Positions 28,894 to 39,187 of a stretch of DNA of 64,000 bases are shown here, one piece after another. The notes beneath the pieces were generated by a model that was not told the DNA's origin, did not search any database, and was given only the letters and a program-made list of their open reading frames with translations. The stretch is from Candidatus Ryanbacteria bacterium CG10_big_fil_rev_8_21_14_0_10_43_42 (GTDB lineage Bacteria > Patescibacteriota > Minisyncoccia > Ryanbacterales > 2-02-FULL-48-12), in contig PFEF01000008.1 of assembly GCA_002793915.1 (NCBI GenBank), positions 18,159-82,158 of the forward strand. Reading direction: 5' to 3'. Both the position numbers and the translations under genes were made by a program. Position 1 is the stretch's first letter. Every line of letters starts with the position of its first letter.

Positions 28894-29647
28894 GATCTTG
28901 GGAAGATGTGGCCATTATTATCTGTGCTTTTCTGCGCACGATTGACTCGTGGATAATAGCAAATAGGTTCATTGTTGTCCAATAAAGCGCAACAGCAGCC
29001 GGGAAACGAAGTCCGATTATAAAAATAACAATCGGCATTACGTACATCATCTGCGATGTCATGATACGGGAAATGTCGGGCATACCGGAAGAAGACTCTT
29101 TTGGCGGTGTTTTGGGGGATGGAGGCATTGCCAACTTCATTTGAATAAATTGTGTGATTGCAGCTAAAGCCGCCACAAAAACACTCGCCTCCATAAGATC
29201 GATAACCCCGAAAAACATGGTATGTATCGTTTCCGGCAACGCAACAAAAGAGTAAAGCTCTCCCGGAATCGTTTCCATATTAAGTCCGGCCCCAAAAACA
29301 TGATAAAGCGCAATAAGAATGGGGAGTTGCACAATAAGCATCAGGCATCCCGAAAAAGGATTAACGCCGTGCTCCTTATACAATGCCATAATCTTTTGCC
29401 CTTGTTCCTGCTGATTATCTTTATGTTCTTGGCGTATTTGGGAAATTTTTGGCTCAAGTGTGCGCATTTTTGCCTGCGCTTTCACTGAATGATGAGTAAA
29501 AGGAAACAATAAAAACCGCACCGCAATCGTAAGGATAATAACAGCAAAACCAAGATCATGAAATGGTAAGAATGTCGTTAAAAGAATAAGCGCATTTAAG
29601 AGCGGTTTATGGAGAATTTCGTTATAGAGTGTTATAAAAATATTCAT
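28850..29647 (-). CDS. yidC: Membrane protein insertase YidC
   Basis: LTIAVRFLLFP, LYKEHGVNPFSGCL, QLPILIALY, ALYW. Confidence 0.95.
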   Translation of the reverse strand: MNIFITLYNEILHKPLLNALILLTTFLPFHDLGFAVIILTIAVRFLLFPFTHHSVKAQAKMRTLEPKISQIRQEHKDNQQEQGQKIMALYKEHGVNPFSGCLMLIVQLPILIALYHVFGAGLNMETIPGELYSFVALPETIHTMFFGVIDLMEASVFVAALAAITQFIQMKLAMPPSPKTPPKESSSGMPDISRIMTSQMMYVMPIVIFIIGLRFPAAVALYWTTMNLFAIIHESIVRRKAQIIMATSSQDHEPERNNAGDTKSS

Positions 29648-29656
29648 TGGTAATTA

Positions 29657-29890
29657 TTACTTAACAGGATCATATATATCATGCCGAGAAAAAGGGTGGC
29701 ACCTGCCAATACGACGCATGCCACACCATATTCCTTTTATAAACCCATATGTTGTGAGCGCATTTATGGTGTATTCGGAACAAGATGGGTAAAAACGACA
29801 CGTGCGAGCACGCCCTCTCATAAAGAATCCATGATCAGGTGAGAAAAAAAAGCGATACGTCTTTATAATATATACGGCTACTAAGACCAT
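29657..29890 (-). CDS. yidD: Membrane protein insertion efficiency factor
   Basis: CRFYPSCSEY, RIGRCHPF, YDPV. Confidence 0.95.
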   Translation of the reverse strand: MVLVAVYIIKTYRFFFSPDHGFFMRGRARTCRFYPSCSEYTINALTTYGFIKGIWCGMRRIGRCHPFSRHDIYDPVK

Positions 29891-29898
29891 GTTTACTA

Positions 29899-30273
29899 TT
29901 AATCTATTTCTAACTTAGAGTGCTTACTTCTATCGTTCATGATAGCACTTTTTTTCAGTATTATCTCTATATGTTTTTTCATATCCTTATAAGATATACC
30001 GACAATATCCGGGTACGTACGCAATACGCAATCATACCCACCGGAGAGAGAAGGCAGATAAAATCGTATAATCTCATGAAGCTGTCTTCTAAGACGATTT
30101 CTAACAACAGCATTCTTGGAAACAGCTCCGGAAACAACAAAACCGAATCGTATATACTTTCGGTCTGTTCTGCTATATAAGAGCGTAAGGGGACCGCTTC
30201 GGGCCGTATGACGAGCGTCAAACACCCCCTTAAAATCTCCTCTGCTTACTAAACGATGTGTTTTAGGTAGCAA
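29899..30273 (-). CDS. rnpA: Ribonuclease P protein component
   Basis: MLPK.HRL, RFGFVVS, AVVRNRLRR; TTG start. Confidence 0.93.
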   Translation of the reverse strand: MLPKTHRLVSRGDFKGVFDARHTARSGPLTLLYSRTDRKYIRFGFVVSGAVSKNAVVRNRLRRQLHEIIRFYLPSLSGGYDCVLRTYPDIVGISYKDMKKHIEIILKKSAIMNDRSKHSKLEID

Positions 30274-30301
30274 TTTCCTTTATTTACAAGGTTTTTATAG
30301 G

Positions 30302-30436
30302 TTATACCGTAAGCTTGGCCCGCCCCTTTCGACGTCGTCGAAGAAGGACGTTTCTTCCCGTCTTTGACAACGAACGCTTTAGAAATCCATGCGTACGCTT
30401 ACGTTTTTTGTTCTTTGGTTGATAGGTAACTGACAT
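30302..30436 (-). CDS. rpmH: 50S ribosomal protein L34 (missing from the ORF track)
   Basis: Manual translation [44 protein letters not shown]. Confidence 0.96.
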   Translation of the reverse strand: MSVTYQPKNKKRKRTHGFLKRSLSKTGRNVLLRRRRKGRAKLTV

Positions 30437-30499
30437 ATCAAACACCATACCATACTTTCTTTTATACTTCAATATGGATGTTTATTTTCTCTAAAATAA

Positions 30500-30625
30500 G
30501 AAGTTCATACACAGGTTATACACAATTGATTGATTTTGAGGATAATATGTGGATAATTTTTTTCTTTACCTCTTTTCTGATACAATATACATACAAAGAA
30601 AAAATATACGGCATGTGGATAATAT
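30500..30625. promoter_or_regulatory. DnaA-box cluster upstream of dnaA
   Basis: TTATACACA 30516, TGTGGATAA 30548 and 30614, TGAGGATAA 30537, TCATACACA 30505. Confidence 0.85.
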
Positions 30626-30680
30626 ATTTCCCTTTTTTCTTAACTTTGAACCTTTTAGTCACCCATAACTGTTCTTAATT

Positions 30681-32057
30681 ATGACAAACGAGGAATTATG
30701 GCAGGCAGTTCTCGGGGAAGTTGAGCTCGCTATCTCACGCGCTAACTTCATAACGTGGTTTAAACACACATCTATTGCACAAAATGAACATAATGGCATC
30801 GTAGTACATGTACCAAATGCCTTTACGAAGGAATGGTTGGAAAATAAGTATCATAAGCTTATTATGCGGGCTCTTAGAAGTAATAATCCCGACGTACGCA
30901 GTATTGAATACGTTATCTCATCCTCTCCACCGCCCATATATACTCTCGACACACCATCACGGCCGCAAGCGGTCGTTATTGAAACGACCGGACAAGAAGA
31001 ACAGCTTGATTTTCAGGACTTTAGCGTTGACAAAGAAACAAATCTTAACCCTCGTTATACTTTTGATACGTTTGTCGTTGGGGGGTTTAATGAACTTGCT
31101 CATGCGGCGGCAATGTCTGTTGTAAAAAACATAGCGTCCCTCTATAATCCCTTGTTTATTTATGGTGGTGTGGGTCTTGGAAAAACCCATCTTTTGCAAT
31201 CCATCGGGAATGCGGTTAAAAAAGAAAATCCGTCTCTTTCCGTGCATTATGCAACATCAGAAAAATTCACCAACGATCTTATTACCGCCATACAAAACAA
31301 CGAACCCCAACGATTTAAAGACCGTTACCGTAAATTCGACGTTCTTATTATCGATGATATTCAGTTCATTGCCGGAAAGGTGCGTACCCAGGAAGAGTTT
31401 TTTCATACATTCAATGCATTGTATGAAAACAATAAGCAGGTTATTTTTTCATCCGACCGACCGCCAAAATCAATCCCCGATCTGGAAGAACGCCTTCGTT
31501 CTCGCTTTGAAGCCGGTCTTATTGCTGATGTATCCCAGCCCGACTACGAGACACGCCTTGCTATTACACGATCAAAAGCCGCCGCACGCAACCTTTCCGT
31601 TCCGCCTGAAACCCTTGAATATATAGCCTCCGCCGTCGAAAAAAACATCCGTGAACTTGAAGGAGCGCTTAATATAGTCGTTGCACGAAGTAAAGTACTA
31701 GGACGCCCGCTTACTCCCGAAGAAACAAAGGAAATCCTTCTTCAAATAATTAATAAGCCGAAAAAAGTCATTACCGCGGCGCGAATCATTAAGGAAGTTT
31801 GTCAGTTATATGATATTCAGGAACGCCACTTATTTGAACGAAGCCGTAGGCGTGAAATTGTACGTCCCCGTCAGATAGCCATGTATCTTCTACGTCAAGA
31901 TTTTGGAGGATCCTTTCCGTATATCGGACAAAAATTTGGCGGCCGTGACCATACGACAGCTATTCATGCCTATGAGAAGATTTTACGCGACATGAAGACC
32001 GATACAAAATTGTCCGATGAAATAAATATGCTTCGCGATCAAATCTATGAAACGTAA
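30681..32057 (+). CDS. dnaA: Chromosomal replication initiator DnaA
   Basis: YNPLFIYGGVGLGKTHL, IDDIQF, QEEFFHTFN, GGRDHTT. Confidence 0.99.
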   Translation: MTNEELWQAVLGEVELAISRANFITWFKHTSIAQNEHNGIVVHVPNAFTKEWLENKYHKLIMRALRSNNPDVRSIEYVISSSPPPIYTLDTPSRPQAVVIETTGQEEQLDFQDFSVDKETNLNPRYTFDTFVVGGFNELAHAAAMSVVKNIASLYNPLFIYGGVGLGKTHLLQSIGNAVKKENPSLSVHYATSEKFTNDLITAIQNNEPQRFKDRYRKFDVLIIDDIQFIAGKVRTQEEFFHTFNALYENNKQVIFSSDRPPKSIPDLEERLRSRFEAGLIADVSQPDYETRLAITRSKAAARNLSVPPETLEYIASAVEKNIRELEGALNIVVARSKVLGRPLTPEETKEILLQIINKPKKVITAARIIKEVCQLYDIQERHLFERSRRREIVRPRQIAMYLLRQDFGGSFPYIGQKFGGRDHTTAIHAYEKILRDMKTDTKLSDEINMLRDQIYET

Positions 32058-32059
32058 GG

Positions 32060-32360
32060 ATATTCCGTACATAACCCCATAAAAAGACATTACAAAAGAC
32101 AAAGGGGATTACCCGTTAATAACAAGTGGTGAATCTACGTATAACATAGTTGTAAGATATCCCTCCCGAAAAACACCTTCACATACCATACATGTTATAC
32201 CCTACTTCCTCCTCTTTTTATCCCCACACCGATTACACATAAGACGATGTGCAGTAGGAGATTTATGAAGTTATCCACCTATCCACAGGCCTTACTACTA
32301 GTGCAAAAAATAATAATTATTTTCTTTATTACTAATAAGTAATTAATAAAGATCCGGAAT
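32060..32360. other. Replication origin (oriC unwinding region)
   Basis: TTATCCACC + CTATCCACA + GGCC + TTACTACTA trios (32271-32300), AT-rich tract 32305-32350; skew flips from C-rich to G-rich. Confidence 0.85.
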
Positions 32361-32362
32361 AT

Positions 32363-33466
32363 ATGAAATTCACCGTTCTCAAAGACAATCTAAAGGAAGC
32401 CGTTTTATTGGCGGAAAAAACCACCGGACGCAAGTCTTCACTTCCTATATTGTCCGCTATATTAATAACAGCTGAAAAGGGGCGTATTACTCTTACTGCC
32501 ACAAATCTTGAAACCGGCATTGAAATTACATTACCGGGCAAGATTGAGCAAGAAGGAAGAATAGCGGTTCCGGCGCGTGTTTTAAGTTCTTATGTAGGTT
32601 TACTTAGAGATGAGCAAGTAGAAGGATTACTTGAGGGGGATAATTTGGTATTAAAAACAGGTGCGGGACGAACAGTTATGCGTGTGTATCCAGCGGATGA
32701 ATTTCCTCTTCTTCCTAAAACAGAGGAGGGACATATGATTGAATTACCGGCACGTACAGTACGCGATTCACTTAGGCGTGTTGCGGTAGCGGCGGCAACG
32801 TCTGATATAAAACCTGAAATTGCGAGTATTTTATTCGCCTTTACACCAAAGGATCTTATAATAGCCGCAACGGATAGTTTTCGGCTTGCGGAAGCGAAAA
32901 TTACCGGGACATACGGAGTTTCCGGTGATGGTATGCGTTTTTTATTGCCGGTACGCAGTGCACATGAACTTGTGCGCCTCTTAGATAATGAAGACGGATC
33001 GGTAGAGGCTTATATTTCCAAAGGGTATGTTACGTTTTTAACAAAACGCTTCCGTATGGTCTCCCGGTTAACGGAAGGTGTATATCCGGATTATGAGCGC
33101 ATTATACCGACAAAATTTATTACAGAGGCGCAGGTGAAGCGAGATGATGTGTTAGAAATGCTTCGTCTGTCCAGTGTGTTTATAGGAAAACTTCAGGATG
33201 TTGCGTTGTTTGTAGATCCTGCTGGTATTATGCGTGTTGATACGGTAAATGCGGAAGTGGGTGAAAATACATCTCATATTCCGGTAGAGGCTAAAGGAGA
33301 AACAATGCAGATAAGTTTTAATCATCGTTATGTTCTTGATGGTCTTACGCAATTACCTGGTGGAGATACGTTTTTTGGCTTTACATCCGCTTCCGGTCCT
33401 TTGTTAATGCAGAGTAAGGGGGAGGAGGGAAGGTATAGATATATTGTTATGCCAATGAAGGTTTAA
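32363..33466 (+). CDS. dnaN: DNA polymerase III beta clamp
   Basis: LPILS.ILI, ATNLE, ATDSFRLAE, SRL.EG.YPDY, YIVMPM. Confidence 0.97.
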   Translation: MKFTVLKDNLKEAVLLAEKTTGRKSSLPILSAILITAEKGRITLTATNLETGIEITLPGKIEQEGRIAVPARVLSSYVGLLRDEQVEGLLEGDNLVLKTGAGRTVMRVYPADEFPLLPKTEEGHMIELPARTVRDSLRRVAVAAATSDIKPEIASILFAFTPKDLIIAATDSFRLAEAKITGTYGVSGDGMRFLLPVRSAHELVRLLDNEDGSVEAYISKGYVTFLTKRFRMVSRLTEGVYPDYERIIPTKFITEAQVKRDDVLEMLRLSSVFIGKLQDVALFVDPAGIMRVDTVNAEVGENTSHIPVEAKGETMQISFNHRYVLDGLTQLPGGDTFFGFTSASGPLLMQSKGEEGRYRYIVMPMKV

Positions 33467-33564
33467 TATAAAAGTATCCTGTTCGATATATTATTTTTTT
33501 ATTGCTTTTATATGAACTCTTACCTATAAATAATACTGATATGTTCCTTAAATAAAGGAGGTAG

Positions 33565-34296
33565 GTGATGGATATTGAAGAGCGGCTTATTATTGCGGCA
33601 GACTACGATCCCGAAAAATCCGGTGGCGTAAAGGATGTTGTCCGTAATGTGCTTAATCTGGCGGATAACCTTGAAGGTCTTGGTGTATACATTAAGGTTA
33701 ACTCCGCGCTACGAGTGGCGGGGTATTATCTTATAAATAAGTTGCATGATAGGGGTTTGAAAGTATTTGCGGATTTGAAGCTTATCGATATTCCAAATAC
33801 AATGAAAACCGATGCTTTATTGCTGGCTGATTATTTTCCGGAAATACTCACGGTTATGTGTTGTGCGGGTACTTCCGGTATGCGCGCCGTTCAAAATGTA
33901 CTTTCGAAAACAAAAGTTCTTGGGGTTACGGTGCTTACAAGTCTTAATGATGAAGAATGTCGCAGTGTGTTTAACTGTTCCGTTAATGATGGAGTGTTGC
34001 GATTTGCTCATATGGCGAAGTTAGCCGGCTTAAATGAGCTCGTAATTTCACCCAAGGAAGTTGAGGTTATTAAAAATAACTTCGATTCTGAATTTTGGCT
34101 CAATACGCCGGGGATTCGTCCTGAATGGAATTTAGTTGAAGGAGACGATCAGTCACGTTTCCTAACGCCCGTTCAGGCGATTAGAAACGGAGCAACGCGC
34201 ATTGTTGTTGGACGCCCAATTACTAAAGACAAGAATCCAAGGGAAGCCACAGAACGCACCTTGGAAGAAATAAGGCAGGGATTAAGCGAAAATTAA
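33565..34296 (+). CDS. pyrF: Orotidine-5'-phosphate decarboxylase
   Basis: FADLKLIDIPNT, VTVLTS, TPGIRP, DDQSR..TP, VVGRPIT; start may be ATG 33568. Confidence 0.93.
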   Translation: MMDIEERLIIAADYDPEKSGGVKDVVRNVLNLADNLEGLGVYIKVNSALRVAGYYLINKLHDRGLKVFADLKLIDIPNTMKTDALLLADYFPEILTVMCCAGTSGMRAVQNVLSKTKVLGVTVLTSLNDEECRSVFNCSVNDGVLRFAHMAKLAGLNELVISPKEVEVIKNNFDSEFWLNTPGIRPEWNLVEGDDQSRFLTPVQAIRNGATRIVVGRPITKDKNPREATERTLEEIRQGLSEN

Positions 34297-34312
34297 CTCC
34301 ACTCTAACGAAT

Positions 34313-34351
34313 AAAAACCCTTTGCAAATAATGCATAATTGGGTTTTTTTT
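34313..34351 (+). terminator. pyrF terminator
   Basis: AAAAACCC...GGGTTTTTTT. Confidence 0.5.
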
Positions 34352-34487
34352 ATAAAAATGGAAAAAATAGAAATAGGTGTCAGGCACTTTTTGGACAACA
34401 TACCAATGAACGTTCACTGAACATATCATGGTATGTTTTTTTGTGGGGAAAGAAAAAGCCCAGATGGGGGTGTCTGGGCGGGGCTTG

Positions 34488-34835
34488 TTATAAGAACTTG
34501 TTATTCTTCAGTAAAGACACTAGTTGGATAAGAAGCCACGAGGTTTCATTTGGGTTGCCTTGTGGACCTAGCCATTTATCGTTAATAAAACAGATAAGTC
34601 TGCGTGCATAACAATATACTGCGAGTTCTGTTCTATAATCCACCCCTTGTATGTGGGGTATTTCTACAAGTGCGATCTCGTCTGTTGGTAATGTTTCCTT
34701 TACTTGATTCCACCGTTTAAAAGAGTAGGGAATTTCCATCGTATCCAGGAAAGTAAATAAATGGGGCGAATAATAGCGTGTTATTGTTTTATGGATGTTG
34801 CCTCCACTTATATAGACATTCATTAAGTTCTCCAT
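34488..34835 (-). CDS. Hypothetical protein
   Basis: 115-aa ORF with ATG start; no recognised motif. Confidence 0.5.
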   Translation of the reverse strand: MENLMNVYISGGNIHKTITRYYSPHLFTFLDTMEIPYSFKRWNQVKETLPTDEIALVEIPHIQGVDYRTELAVYCYARRLICFINDKWLGPQGNPNETSWLLIQLVSLLKNNKFL

Positions 34836-35027
34836 TTCTTTTCGAGTATCTTTTTACAATATACTAGTATTGGTTTTGTAACACAAATTATTGTTTAACT
34901 TTCGAGAGAAGAGCAAGAGCAGTGATTTTAGCGGCGGTTGCTTATGAAAAAAGCGTACCATAAGCATAGTACGCTTTTGTTGTAGAAATCCCTGTTTCAT
35001 ACGGGTAGAAACTCAAGATAGGGACTC

Positions 35028-36371
35028 TTATTCTGATACTGCGGCATGGAAGAGATCATTAAGCAATCCGATCACGATAGCTTTCTTCGCATAAAGATCA
35101 AGACAGGATAATTCCTTCCGAAGTTCCTGGACCCTGTCGGTAAGTTGTATTTCTTCTTTGCGGGGCAGAAGCGCCTTGATCGCTAATGCGGTTATCGCTT
35201 CAGGAAGACGGACGGACTCATTACCGACAGTACCAAAATCAGAGCCTTTGCATGATGTACGCGCATCAATATAGGGAGAATGATCAACGTTAGTTCGGGT
35301 TGATAGATCGCGTACTTCATAAATACGCGGTTTGTCTTTATTGTCGTTCGGGTTCAAACATACTAGTAGATCAAAATCTATCAGATGTTTCATAGCGTAT
35401 GCCGGGACGTTTGCTTGGCGGAGGATCTTTTTCGGATTCATTACTACAAAACAATCTCTTTCATATTGCATCGCATGCTTCTTAAGCACAGTTAAGGCGA
35501 TTTCATACTGTTCCCTACGCTCTGTTGTTCCTTTGCGGTACCCTTGCGGCTGGTTGTCGGGTACGGGAAGGCTTTCAGAACGCCTTTTTTTAACCTCCTT
35601 ATTGGAATTCCCCCCTTGAGGACCGGTTGCGGGCGCTGAATTCATGATCTCACGCATCTCTTTTATGGCTTGTGTTTTTAACTGACTTATCCTACTTTCT
35701 GTCAGATTCAACATTTGTCCAACTTCTTTTTCAGTGCGATCCTCATAAAATAGAAGGGTCAATACTTGTTTGCTTCGATGTGGTAGAAGATCAAGGGTCT
35801 TAATCGCCATACGGAGTAATTCCGCCTCCTCTACTGCGGATTCCGGATTATTCGAGTAATCAGGCAACTCGAATTCATAGGATTCCAAGTAATGGTAATG
35901 ATTCTCTGTATTACCCGGATAGGGAGGCAGTATATCCCCTAAACCTCTTACATCGATATGTGCACGTGCCCTTCTTTTCTGAAATTCCTCCATGGTGAGG
36001 CCTAACCGCTCCGCCTCTTCTTCATGAGTTGGAGTGCGATGAAGCTCCTGCTTCAAATTTAAATTATTAGAAGTAATTTCTCTCTCCATCCTACGCGAAG
36101 AGCGCGGCGCTATATCAATGGAGCGTAAATGTTTTATCATTTCCCCATTGATTCGCTTCTTTGCATAGTCAGTAAAAGCAACACCATAAGACGGATCATA
36201 CCGGTCTCTACACTGAAGCAAGCCGACCACACCGCTTTGAAAAAGCTCTTCGATAGAAACAGTATTCCGCCGTAAGGATTTCTGCATATTCTGCGCCATA
36301 GTGCGCACCATCGGTAGAAGGGATTCTACATCGATGGGAGCATCGGCAATTTCCCTTTCTTCAGAAGACAT
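35028..36371 (-). CDS. FliA/WhiG-like (sigma-28 group) sigma factor with ~200-aa C-terminal extension
   Basis: Region 2 EELFQSGVVGLL...RYDP...AF..YA..RI.GE; region 3 L.RTPT.EE.AE.LG; region 4 LP.R.K.VL.L.FYED.T.KEVG..L..TESRISQL; start probably 36371 or 36380. Confidence 0.85.
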   Translation of the reverse strand: MSSEEREIADAPIDVESLLPMVRTMAQNMQKSLRRNTVSIEELFQSGVVGLLQCRDRYDPSYGVAFTDYAKKRINGEMIKHLRSIDIAPRSSRRMEREITSNNLNLKQELHRTPTHEEEAERLGLTMEEFQKRRARAHIDVRGLGDILPPYPGNTENHYHYLESYEFELPDYSNNPESAVEEAELLRMAIKTLDLLPHRSKQVLTLLFYEDRTEKEVGQMLNLTESRISQLKTQAIKEMREIMNSAPATGPQGGNSNKEVKKRRSESLPVPDNQPQGYRKGTTERREQYEIALTVLKKHAMQYERDCFVVMNPKKILRQANVPAYAMKHLIDFDLLVCLNPNDNKDKPRIYEVRDLSTRTNVDHSPYIDARTSCKGSDFGTVGNESVRLPEAITALAIKALLPRKEEIQLTDRVQELRKELSCLDLYAKKAIVIGLLNDLFHAAVSE

Positions 36372-36614
36372 AAAACTCATCCCCCATTCTGAATTTATGT
36401 TATGTGAAGGTATGTGTGTTAATGAGCACGTGTAGAAACTCTGCGTACGCGACACAGTATCTTTTACGCAACTCACGCAAAGAATTACACGCTTACATTA
36501 CTGCCCGAACCGAATAAGATTACCTACAAAGGTTATTCGGTTTTCGGACATTGTACGTTATAATCTATCTTTTAGCAATGACCTATCTTATTTATATTCG
36601 GCAACACGCACCCC

Positions 36615-39095
36615 TTACTCAACCTTAAACTTCACTTCTTTTTCTTCCACATTTCCTACATTATCATAGACCTTAATGAGAAGTATCGCGTTTTTCTGAT
36701 CGGGAGTAAGTGATGAAAAATCAACCGAAAATGATCCTATACCCTTATCAGATCCCATAAATTGTCCATTCAGAAAATAATCCGCCTGCTTAATGGGATA
36801 CGTTCCTTTTGTAGAGAGTGTTATGGTAAGTGGAAGAGATCGCTGATAAGTGGCTCCATCCTGCGGATGAACTATAATAATATGCGGTTTGTTTTCTTCC
36901 GTGTGAACATCATCAAATTCAGTGGGAATATTGTTTGGTTCGCCGGTAATATCGATATTATTTTGTACAGCCCAGGCCTTAACACCTTCTTCCCAGTTTT
37001 TATATTGGGCGTCTCGTTCAGGAAACTCCGGAATAGGTCCGCGCGGATCGCTTTTATTCACCCAGTGCAGTATGGAATGAAGTTCCGGTACTACGCGTAT
37101 TTCGCGGAATTCTTCAGGCGTGGCATCTGTGGCACGTTTTCCGGATACGGTATCAATTTCGTATGTAACACCGCCGCGCCATTCTCCCATAAGAAAGGGT
37201 TTTGTTACGTCTTCTCTTTCCGGTGGTACAAAATCTTCCGGCGGCAAGGTTTCAAATACGCGTTCCAGAAAATCATGCCAAATAGGTGCTACGATAAATC
37301 CGGCAACTTTTTTCTCCATAGGGGAATTATCGTTGTTTCCCGCCCACACACCGGCTACGATGTTGGGAGTGTATCCTAAGATCCATGCATCACGGAAATC
37401 GTTTGTGGTTCCGGTTTTAGCGGCTACAGGACGTGTTGAGAAGTATAATGCCGATTGTGACCCGAATGCGGGTGTGCGCGCGGCATTGTCGGACAATATA
37501 TCGGTAATACGGCGTGCAATCTGTGTATCAAGAACGGGTCGGGGGGTTGGTTCGTAATCAAAAAGCATATCTCCGTTATTTTGTTCTATATGAAGAATCA
37601 TGGCGGGTTCATTGCGCACGCCATCATTTGCAAACACGCCGTAAACGGAAGCAAGCTCAAGGAGTTGTACCTCACCGCCCCCTAAAACGAGGGTAAGACC
37701 GTATCGATTTTGTCCTTCAAGGGTAGTAATACCGAGTCGGGACGCCGTTTCAAGAGCTTTTTTAATACCTGTGAGGTAAAGAACTTTTACGGCGGGTATG
37801 TTTACGGACTGCGCTAATGCTTCCCGAAGTGTCATAGGGCCGTGAAATGTGCCGTCGTAGTTGCCGGGCCGGTAACTTTCTGCTCCTGCGGATGCAAATT
37901 CTGTTTGTACGTCAAAAACAATGGTTTCCGGTGTATATCCCTGTTCGAGAGCGGACGCATAGACGATCGGCTTAAAGGCGGAGCCGGGTTGGCGGAGAGC
38001 GGTTGTTATATTAAAATTTCCCTCATCTTCACGATTAAAATAATCACGCGATCCAACCATGGCAAGTACTTCACCGGTTTTCGGATCGATCGCTATGATA
38101 CCGGTATTGGAAGCGCCGAAATCATTATCTATTGTTTCCGCATACTCGGCAATAGTTTCCTCCGCGTGCTGTTGATAATCGATATTAAGCGTTGTTATTA
38201 CCTGCAAGCCGGTCTTTTTTATAAATTCCTCACCATATAGTTCATGAAGCTGATTGATAACATCCATAACAAAGTGTGGTGCGCGAATGCCGTGTTCAGC
38301 AACGGGAAGAAAAGCTATGGTTTCTTCTTTTGCCGAATCACGATCCTCTTCTGTTATATATCCCAGTTCTGCCATACGGTTAAGAACAGTGTTTTTACGT
38401 GCCTCTAGTTCGCGAGTATGAGTTCCATAAGGGGAAAAATAGGAGGGTGCCTGTGGAAGAGCCGCTAAATATGCCGCTTCCGCAAGAGTAACGTCTTCGG
38501 CGCTTTTGCCGAAGAATATTTGTGAAGCCGCTTCCACGCCATAGGCATTTGATCCGTACGAAATTTCATTTAGGTACATGTTTAAAATTTCATCTTTGGT
38601 ATTAGTGCGTTCGATTTTGAGCGCAAGTACCGCCTCCTTTAACTTACGGGTAATGGTTTTTTCGGGGGAAAGGAGGGTATTTTTTACCAACTGCTGTGTG
38701 ATGGTTGATCCGCCCTGAACAAGAATGCGTCCGCGCATAAGGTCCGTTATAAATGCACGAAATATGGAAAAAGGCGATATGCCGTGATGATTGTAAAAGT
38801 TGGCATCTTCAATGGCAATTGTTGCGTTTTTAATTTCGCGAGGAATATGGTCAAAATTAATAACAGTGCGCTTTTCTTCATTAAAAATTTCGAATAAAAG
38901 CGTCTCTCCGGTGCGATCGAAAATTTTTGTTGATTGAACCACTTCCCGTTCCCGTAATTCGGCGGCACTGGGAATATCAAGGGTGAGAATAAATATGCTT
39001 AATCCCGCAATTCCCGCTAAAAACAAAAAAAGACCCAGGACAAAAAGCCCTTTTACCATACGTCCAAATTGTTCCCATTTCCGCTTTTTTGGCAT
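36615..39095 (-). CDS. Class A penicillin-binding protein (PBP1A family) with C-terminal Ig-like domain
   Basis: EDANFY.H.G, GGSTITQQLVKN, RQPGSAFKP, SVN, KTGT. Confidence 0.95.
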   Translation of the reverse strand: MPKKRKWEQFGRMVKGLFVLGLFLFLAGIAGLSIFILTLDIPSAAELREREVVQSTKIFDRTGETLLFEIFNEEKRTVINFDHIPREIKNATIAIEDANFYNHHGISPFSIFRAFITDLMRGRILVQGGSTITQQLVKNTLLSPEKTITRKLKEAVLALKIERTNTKDEILNMYLNEISYGSNAYGVEAASQIFFGKSAEDVTLAEAAYLAALPQAPSYFSPYGTHTRELEARKNTVLNRMAELGYITEEDRDSAKEETIAFLPVAEHGIRAPHFVMDVINQLHELYGEEFIKKTGLQVITTLNIDYQQHAEETIAEYAETIDNDFGASNTGIIAIDPKTGEVLAMVGSRDYFNREDEGNFNITTALRQPGSAFKPIVYASALEQGYTPETIVFDVQTEFASAGAESYRPGNYDGTFHGPMTLREALAQSVNIPAVKVLYLTGIKKALETASRLGITTLEGQNRYGLTLVLGGGEVQLLELASVYGVFANDGVRNEPAMILHIEQNNGDMLFDYEPTPRPVLDTQIARRITDILSDNAARTPAFGSQSALYFSTRPVAAKTGTTNDFRDAWILGYTPNIVAGVWAGNNDNSPMEKKVAGFIVAPIWHDFLERVFETLPPEDFVPPEREDVTKPFLMGEWRGGVTYEIDTVSGKRATDATPEEFREIRVVPELHSILHWVNKSDPRGPIPEFPERDAQYKNWEEGVKAWAVQNNIDITGEPNNIPTEFDDVHTEENKPHIIIVHPQDGATYQRSLPLTITLSTKGTYPIKQADYFLNGQFMGSDKGIGSFSVDFSSLTPDQKNAILLIKVYDNVGNVEEKEVKFKVE

Positions 39096-39187
39096 AATGT
39101 CAATATATAGGAGTGCGTAGTAGGTAGCAAGAGGTGATAAGTGTGTTGTCTGGATAATATATATAATGCCATGGTACGCTTACAGGT

